A DNA stretch of 64,000 bases from Eledone cirrhosa (taxonomy: Eukaryota), in contig OZ024740.1 in assembly GCA_964016885.1 (NCBI GenBank), positions 216,752,001-216,816,000 of the forward strand, given 5' to 3'. Position 1 is the stretch's first letter; every line of letters starts with the position of its first letter. A model generated the notes under the pieces. The model had not been told where the DNA came from and searched no databases. It worked only from the letters and a program-made list of their open reading frames with translations. This document shows, piece after piece, positions 55,530 to 64,000 of the stretch. The position numbers and the translations under genes were made by a program.

Positions 55530-56539
55530 CATATATTTATAAATATATATATGTGAGTGTGTGTCTGAATTATATTATATTCTGGTGTAAAAATCACCCT
55601 TTTTCCTGTTTAATTACATGAAAAACTGGCATAGGATTTATCATGGACCCATAAAACTTTAACTCGAAACATATAGTGATCCAAGTTATCTGCTGTTGTG
55701 ACTTATACAAAAGTATACACAGTAGTTGTTTGTATACACACACACACACACCAGCTTTCTTATATATGTAAAAAGTTTGTATATTTTTGTGTATATTAAT
55801 GTATATACATTTTCTACACAAATGTCATGTTCAGATTAACCCTTTTGATAATGGCCTGAATCAGCTCCAGGTTTAATATCAATTTTTTTGTTATAAAAAA
55901 TTTGTATTTATATAAACACCTTCCATCCAAATTTCATGCACAAATCTTTCTTAAATTATATTAAAACATCAGATTCCTTATTTTGAAATTAATTATTTTC
56001 AAAAACAATTGATTTTGAAATTAATTATTTTCAAAAACAATTGAAATAAGTTGAGTGTGTTTCATTCAAATTATGGCCACAAACGGGAGCTAAAGAAAGG
56101 TCCTGGAATATTTTAGGCCATCACACCCCTTATATAATCATTGACCCTGTATATCAATACCATAATTTCTACAATGATGAGCAAATAAATCAAAAATATC
56201 AGTAAACAATATGAAATAGACAATAACAACTAATTATGTATAAATCAGAAACCAGTATAATAGGCAAGTTCTATTTTATTATCTTTTATGTATATATATT
56301 TCTGACACAAATGTCAGGTTTTGGTCCAAAAGTTGAATCAAGTTCTGGAAGAGTCTGATTTCTCCCTAATTGTCTAATCCACCACTGGTTAAAACAATAA
56401 AATTAATCTACCATTCAACAATTATACCACATCTTTGGTTTAGAGGGTTTAAACTTAGATTTTATGTAAACTTAATATATCTGAAACAAGTAAATATAGG
56501 TCCAATGGGTAGATGTATTTCACACACACACACACACAC

Positions 56540-56608
<69 letters not shown>

Positions 56609-56859
56609 TATAACCATGTGTGTACACACACAGATGTATATCTGTATGCAAAAAATAAATGAAAACAACAAAGTAAACCACATAATACGATGAAGAAATA
56701 TAGTGGTTTAACACTTGATATATAGGGAAGGAATGTTTATGTTTTGGACACTAGTCCTTCATCAGAAGACATAATGAGGAATAAAAGATGAAATAGAAAA
56801 ATAGTGAGAAGAGGAAGTTTGAAAACAAATTTTTGATAATGTGTGTATTCAGTCAGCCA

Positions 56860-57051
56860 TATGTGTGTATATATATAAATATATATATATATAAATGTGT
56901 ATGTATATATATATATAAATAAATATGTGTGTGTGTATATATATATAAATATGTATGTATATATATATAAATAAATAAATATGTGTGTGTGTATATATAT
57001 ATATATATAAATATGTATGTATATATATAAATATATATATATATAAATATG

Positions 57052-57089
<38 letters not shown>

Positions 57090-57099
57090 TGTGTGTTTG

Positions 57100-57131
<32 letters not shown>

Positions 57132-57185
57132 AATATGTACGTATATATATATATTTATGTACTTTATTTATATATATATTTATGT

Positions 57186-57217
<32 letters not shown>

Positions 57218-57266
57218 CTTATGTATATATATATATATAAATATGTATGTATATATATATATATAA

Positions 57267-57313
<47 letters not shown>

Positions 57314-57315
57314 TG

Positions 57316-57353
<38 letters not shown>

Positions 57354-57971
57354 TGTATGTGTATATATATATATATATAAATATGTATGTATATATATAT
57401 ATATATATAAATATGTATGTATATATATATAAATATGTATGTATATATATATATATAAATATGTATGTATATATATATATAAATATGTATGTATATATAT
57501 ATAAATATGTATGTATATATATATAAATATGTATGTATATATATATATATATATATATATAAATATGTATGTATACATATATATAAATATGTAGGTATAT
57601 ATATACAAATATGTATGTATACATATATATAAATATGTATGTATACATATATATAAATATGTATGTATATATATATAAATATGTATGTATATATATATAT
57701 ATATATGTGTATATATATATAAATATGTATCTATATATATGTATGTATATATCTATATATAAATATGTATGTATATATATATATGTGTTTGTATATATAT
57801 ATATATAAATATGTATGTATATATATATAAATATGTATGTATATATATATAAATATGTATGTATATATTTATATATATATAAATATGTATGTATATATAA
57901 ATATGTATGTATATATATATATGTGTATGTATATATATATATATATAAATATATATGTATATATAAAATAT

Positions 57972-58038
<67 letters not shown>

Positions 58039-58207
58039 TGTATGTGTATATATATAAAAATATGTAGTGTATATATATATAAATATGTATGTATGTATAT
58101 ATATATGTATGTGTATATATATATATGTATATATAAATATATATATATGTATGTGTATATATATAAATATATATAAATATGTATGTATGTGTATATATAT
58201 ATATGTT

Positions 58208-58251
<44 letters not shown>

Positions 58252-58260
58252 AATATGTAT

Positions 58261-58293
<33 letters not shown>

Positions 58294-58730
58294 GGTATGT
58301 ATGTGTATATATAAATATATATGTATGTGTATATATATGTATATATAAATATATATGTATGTGTATATATAAATATATATGTATGTGTATATATATGTAT
58401 ATATAAATATATGTGTGTATATATAAATATATATGTATGTGTATATATAAATATATATGTATGTGTATATATATGTATATATAAATATATATGTATGTGT
58501 ATATATAAATATATATGTATGTATGTGTATATATATGTATATATAAATATATATGTATGTATGTGTATATAGAAATATATATTTATATATATATATATAT
58601 GTACGTGTATGTATATATATGTATATATAAATTTGTGTATGTATATATAAATATATATGTATATGTATATATAAATATTTATGTATGTATATGTGTATGC
58701 ATATGTATATATAAATATATATGTATGTGT
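56860..58730. repeat. (TA)n-derived array with taaatatgtatg punctuation
   Basis: Seen directly. Confidence 0.95.
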
Positions 58731-61344
58731 CATCATCATCATCATCAACGTTTAACGTCCGTGTTCCACGCTTGCATGGGTTTGGACGGGGGTTTTCCCA
58801 CTTGAGGCAAGAGTGATTGTCTTGCTCACATAGGACTATCTGGCGGGTTTTCTACAGCTGGATGCCCTTCCTAACACCGACCACATTTACAGCGTGGGGC
58901 TGGGAGGTTTTTACCGTGTTGCCTCCACGGCCACATTACAGCGTGGACTGTCTGGCGGGTTTTCTACAGCTGGATGCCCTTCCTAACACCAACCACATTT
59001 ACAGTGTGGGGCTGGGAGGTTTTTACCGTGTTGCCTACACGGCCACATTACAGCGTGAACTGTGTGTTTTTTGACGTCACACTACACGATCTCATTTGTT
59101 TCGGCCTGGATGTTGTGGCACCAACATAACTTTACATTGAAAGGGGCGATGTGGGGGTGGTGGGACGGGGGTGTATTTTGTTAGAGATGCCTACTGACTG
59201 TAGTAGGTTTTACTTTGTATTTAGGTAAGGCGGGTCTTCTCTATTACTGAGTACCGCCAAAGGTCTCGGTCCAGTGACATTGTCTTGGTGAGGTGTAAGT
59301 GTGTGAGGTCGGAATTTATCAGCTCGTCCCAGGTTTTTCTGGGTCTGCCTATTCCGTGGCTACCGTCTATCTTTATTGCCCTGCAATTTGTTATACAGCT
59401 ATCGTCCTTCATGGGCATCACGTGACCATACCAACGTAGCCTTCTCTCGAGTAAACAACATCTGATCCCTCTTATTTCTAATTTTTTCCTTAGTTCGTTT
59501 ATGCTTTGCCATTCACGTATATTACTATTACACATCCAGCGGAGCATGCAAGCTTCGTTTCTCTCTAGTCTGCGTATATCCTCTGCACACAATGCCTAGG
59601 TCTCACTGCCATGCAACATTGCTGTTCGTATGCAGGCATCGTACAACCTGCCTTTCATTTTTAGGGAGAACCCTTTAGCGGCTAATAGTGGTATAAGCTC
59701 TCTGAACTTTTTCCATCCAGTTCTGACTCTAGCTACTGTACTTTCAGAGCACCCTCCCCCACTGCTGATTTTGTCACCCAGGTAACGGAAGCTGTCCACT
59801 ATTTCTATAGAACCCTCTGCGCAGTTGAAAGAGCTAGTATTTGCACCAGAGTATTTGCTACTTATTGCACCAGAGCACCGGCCACATGTAAAATCTATGT
59901 TCTTAGTTAGCTTACCTGTGATCCCACTACATCTTTTATGCACCCATACTTTGCATTTGGGACACAAAATGGAGTTTCTACCTACGTCTTTCTTACACAC
60001 TGAGCATGGCCACTTCCCGGAAGGGACTGCCGCCTTATTTTCTTTCCTACAAACTAGAACTTTAGTCTTAGCCAGGTTAATTTTAAGGCCTTTTGATTCT
60101 AGGCCGTGCTTCCATGTTTGGAATTTCTTCTCTAGCTCGACCATTGATTCAGCTATGAGTGTTAGGTCATCTGCGTATAGGAGTTCCCATGGGCAACCGG
60201 TCTTGAACTCCTCTGTTATAGCCTGAAGGGCAATAATAAATAGTAGGGGGCTGAGAACAGACCCCTGATGGACGCCAACTTTTACGCTAAACTCTTCACT
60301 ATATTCGTTGTTAATTCTAACCTTGCTGACTGTTTCTTTATACATGGCTTGTATAGCTCTCACAAGCCATTCGTCAACACCTAGTTTTCTAAGAGCCCAC
60401 CAGATAATGGAACGGGGGATTCTGTCGAAGGCTTTCTCCAAGTCGACAAAAGCTAAGTATAGGGGTTTACTTTTAGCTAGGTACTTCTCCTGTAGTTGTC
60501 GTACAATGAAAAGAGCGTCTGTGGTACTTTTGCCTGACACAAACCCGAACTGCATTTCATCTAGATCAATTCTCTCTCTGATTAGTTGCGCTATTACTTT
60601 TTCCGTGACCTTCATGACCTGGTCGATTAATTTAATGCCTCTATAGTTACTCCTATCTAGGGCATCTCCTTTACCCTTATAACAGTTAACGATGATGCTG
60701 CTACGCCAGTCCTTCGGAACAACCCCATTCTGTACGACTTGGTTAACTATCCGGGTGACCATGGTGTGTCCCACCGTACCAGATGCCTTCAGCATCTCGG
60801 CAACTATTTCCGAAGGCCCAGCCGCCTTACCCGTCTTCATATCTTTGATTGCCTTACTTATTATACTACTCTCGACTAACACTGCTGGTCCCTCTATTGG
60901 GTCGATGTGGTGGAGACTGTCTTTCTCCCATTTATTCTCCTCATTTAGTAGCCTTTCATAGTGACACTTCCAAGCTACGTTCTTATCAGCGTCGGTGATG
61001 GCAAGTACACCGTCATCATTAAGTACACACTTCTCCCCGACAATATCACGGTTTTCCTTGACACATTGCCTAGCAATCCTGAACACCTCACGTTTTTGGT
61101 CCTCGCGTTGTAGAACATGCTTGAACTTTCTTTACTCTGCTTCCCTTCTTGCGAAGTACACTTGACTCCTAGCTTCCCTGCTGGCCATTTGATAGTCTTC
61201 TCTGCTTCCCCCATCCCGCCATACTTTCCAAGTCTGCTTTTTGGCCTTAATTGACCCCTCCACCTTACTGTTCCACCACCATGTTACTCTCCTCCTGCCT
61301 ACAGGCCTGCTCCAGCCACAGACTTCGTCTGCCGCCATCAGCAG
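58731..61344 (-). mobile_element. 5'-truncated RTE-clade LINE (subfamily A), longest copy
   Basis: Single frame 61344-59221 with TWWWN, GKAAG, NYRGIKL, FVDLEKAFD, GVHQGSVLSPLLF, LLYADDL and FRYLG motifs; ~110-bp duplication in the 3'UTR; (GAT)n tail. Confidence 0.96.
59221..61344 (-). pseudogene. RTE reverse transcriptase ORF with two premature stops (61132-61134, 59596-59598); endonuclease lost by 5' truncation
   Basis: ORF-track segments 61132-61338, 59596-61086 and 59221-59592 are all in the same frame. Confidence 0.93.
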
Positions 61345-61669
61345 TGTATATATAAATATTTATGTATGTATGTGTATGCATATGTATATATAAATATATA
61401 TGTATGTGTATGCATATGTATATATAAATATATATGTATGTGTATGCATATGTATATATAAATATATATATGTGTGTATATATAAATATTTATGTATGTG
61501 TATGCATATGTATATATAAATATATATGTATGTGGATATATAAATATATATATATATATATATATGTATGTGTATGTATGTATGTGTATATATAAATATA
61601 TATGTATATATATACATGTATGTGTATGTATATCAATGTATATTTAACTATATATGTATGTGTAAATAT

Positions 61670-61700
<31 letters not shown>

Positions 61701-61789
61701 ATGTATATATATGTATTTATAAATATATGTGTATGTATATACATGTATATATAAATATATATGTATATATATGTGTATGTGTATATATT

Positions 61790-62322
61790 ATGAGCATAAG
61801 AGGAATCAAATGCTGTGTGCAGGAGAGGCGGTTGCGCTGGTATGGACATGTGATGCGTATGAAGGATGACAGCTGCATAAAAAGGTGCAGAGCACTAGAA
61901 GTTGATGGAAACCGCAGAGTGGGGAGACCCAAGATGACCTGGGATGAGGTGATAAAAGCCGACCTTACCCAATTACACCTCTCAAAGACAATGACACACG
62001 ACCGTGACTTCTGGCGTCACGCAGTAATACAGAGTACCCAACCTCCCATGGGTACATGCTGAAGCATATAAACAATATGCCCCCACACCCCCCACCGCAA
62101 GGTGGTCGTGGAGGCGCCACGGCAAAAAAGCACCCAGCCCACACTGTAAATGAGGTTGGTGTTAGGAAGGGCATCCAGCTGTAGAAATCAAGCCAGATCA
62201 GTTCCCGTATGAGCAAGGCATGATCAGCCGACCAGACACTGCACACAACAGGACAACCCGTCTAACCCATGCTAGCGTGGAAGAACGGACGTAAAACGGT
62301 GATGATGATGATGATGATGATT
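61790..62322 (+). mobile_element. RTE LINE 3' fragment (subfamily C)
   Basis: [37 protein letters not shown]; distinct 3'UTR; (GAT)n. Confidence 0.92.
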
Positions 62323-62396
62323 ATATATATGTATATATAAATATATATGTATGTGTATATATTATATATATACATATGTATATATATATATATGTA

Positions 62397-62440
<44 letters not shown>

Positions 62441-62672
62441 ATGTATATATATGTATATATAAATATATATGTATGTATATATATATATGTATGTGTATAT
62501 ATTATATCATCATCATCATCATCATCGTTTAACGTCCATGTTCCACCCATGCAAGCGTGGAACACGGACGCTAAACCTGATGATGATGATGATGATGATG
62601 ATATATATATATAAATTCATATGTATATATATAAATTACACAATTATCAAAGTTATGTTCAAATCATTTAAT

Positions 62673-62719
62673 TGCTGACAATCGTTTCTTCCAAACATTC
62701 GTTTGGAGTCATCGGAGCA
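62673..62719 (-). ncRNA. Type-I hammerhead-like ribozyme, family I (CCGAUGA core)
   Basis: TGCT-CCGATGA-c-TCCAAAC-gaat-GTTTGGA-a-GAA-AC-gatt-GT-C^AGCA. Confidence 0.72.
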
Positions 62720-62825
62720 TTAGCAATGTGTGTACATATAATTAACCTCCTATTCAACTGAACAATCATATAGATACAGTTGTGAACAACAGTTTCGTAT
62801 TTACAGTGTGGAATGGATGCAATAT

Positions 62826-63160
62826 AATACAGAGTACCCGACCTCCCATGGGTACAAGCTGAAGTATATAGACAATATGCCCCACACCCCCCACCGCAAG
62901 GTGGTCGTGGAGGTGCCACGGCAAAAAAGCACCCAGCCCACACTGTAAAGTGGACGTGTAGGCGCCACGAAAAAGCACCCAGCACTCACTGTAAATGAGG
63001 TTGGTGTTAGGAAGGGCATCCAGCTGTAGAAATCAAGCCAAATCAGTTCCTGTATGAGCAAGGCATGGTCAGCCGACCAGACACTGCACACAACAGGACA
63101 ACCCGTCTAACCCATGCTAGCGTGGAAGAACGGACGTAAAACGGTGATGATGATGATGAT
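62826..63160 (+). mobile_element. Second 3'UTR copy of RTE subfamily C
   Basis: Near-identical to 62025-62322, with one extra ~47-bp unit. Confidence 0.88.
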
Positions 63161-63420
63161 ATATTATACGAGAGTTCTACAATAATTAAAATTAAAATTA
63201 AAAGCACCAAATGTTCTTAATTGAGCTATTTCTCTTACTGGTAAATAAGGTAGTAATAAATTACTAACCTTTCCTGTTTATAATTGTTTATAGTATATAC
63301 ATAACTATAAATAGTATCATTATGTATATATATATATAAATTTGTATGTATACATATATATACATATATGAAATGATGATGAATGATGATACATATATAC
63401 ATAAATATATATATATGTAT

Positions 63421-63747
63421 CATCATTCATCATCATTTCATTTTACGTCCGCTTTTTCCCTGCTTGCAAGGGTGAGACGGGAACTGATTCTGGCTTGATT
63501 TCTACAGCCTGATGCCCTTCCTAACACCAACCTCATTTACAGTGAGTGCTGGGTGCTTTTTTGCCGTGGCACCTCCACGACCACTTTGCAGTGGAATGAT
63601 ATGGACCTCAGTCCCTAACACCTCATTTCTACAGCTGAGTAAACTGGTGCAATGTGAAATAAAGTGTCTTGCTCAAGGAAACAACACATCACCCGGTCTG
63701 AGAATTGAACTCACAACCTTTCGATTGCAAGGCCAATGCAGTAACCA
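63421..63747 (-). mobile_element. SINE S2, head cut by a family A element
   Basis: Matches 34428-34760; junction at shared 'taaccac'. Confidence 0.88.
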
Positions 63748-63912
63748 CAGTAAGTAAGGTACTGAATACATTGCAGGGTATGAATATTTAATGTAGAAAT
63801 GGCTTCTACAGGACTAGAACTGTTTTATTCGGAAGAAATCATCAGGAAGCACTGATGATTTCTCCTGAATGAAACAGCTCTAGTCCTGTAGAAGCCATTT
63901 CTATATTAAATA
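63741..63912. mobile_element. Palindromic family A element
   Basis: Inverted arms meet at ~63851; minus hammerhead 63801-63850 (GAAA to AAAA) and plus core 63852-63896. Confidence 0.75.
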
Positions 63913-64000
63913 TATATGTATATATGTTTTAAAGATTGACAGCTGAGCTCTAACCATTTCAAGAGCTACTTCAGACTGATTCATATATACATATATATAT

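Noticed and set aside
59596-61086. Bacterial-type RT system (retron/DGR/group II intron) or an active RT gene
   Set aside because: Motifs, 5' truncation, multiple copies and (GAT)n tails identify an RTE LINE; it has premature stops and lacks the endonuclease.

Overview
AT-rich, microsatellite-saturated eukaryotic non-coding DNA. The repeat landscape most resembles a coleoid cephalopod such as Octopus; this is inferred from the style of the repeat families, not verified. I cannot support any intact host protein-coding gene, and nearly all ORF-track entries are translations of (TA)n/(TG)n/(CA)n or minisatellites. The real coding remnants are retrotransposon fragments: several 5'-truncated RTE-clade LINEs (the best at 58731-61344 has RT with YADD, a PHD-like zinc finger and only two in-frame stops), an L1/Tx1-like ORF2 C-terminus, and an ancient R4/Dong-like RLE fragment. 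There are also two tRNA-derived SINE families, Tc1/mariner-, pogo-, hAT- and piggyBac-like MITEs, and large minisatellites (19, 45, 33, 42, ~50 and 30 bp units). The main discovery is a dense population of short non-coding elements inserted in (TA)n tracts that carry type-I hammerhead ribozyme folds (stem I-CUGANGA-stem II-GAAA-stem III-NUH-stem I). They fall into at least 8 sequence-distinct families, are often arranged as head-to-head palindromes, show stem-I covariation, and share non-canonical features (U.U at the base of stem II, CCGAUGA cores). They most likely derive from Penelope-like element pseudo-LTRs or retrozymes. All folds were read by eye and need computational and biochemical confirmation.
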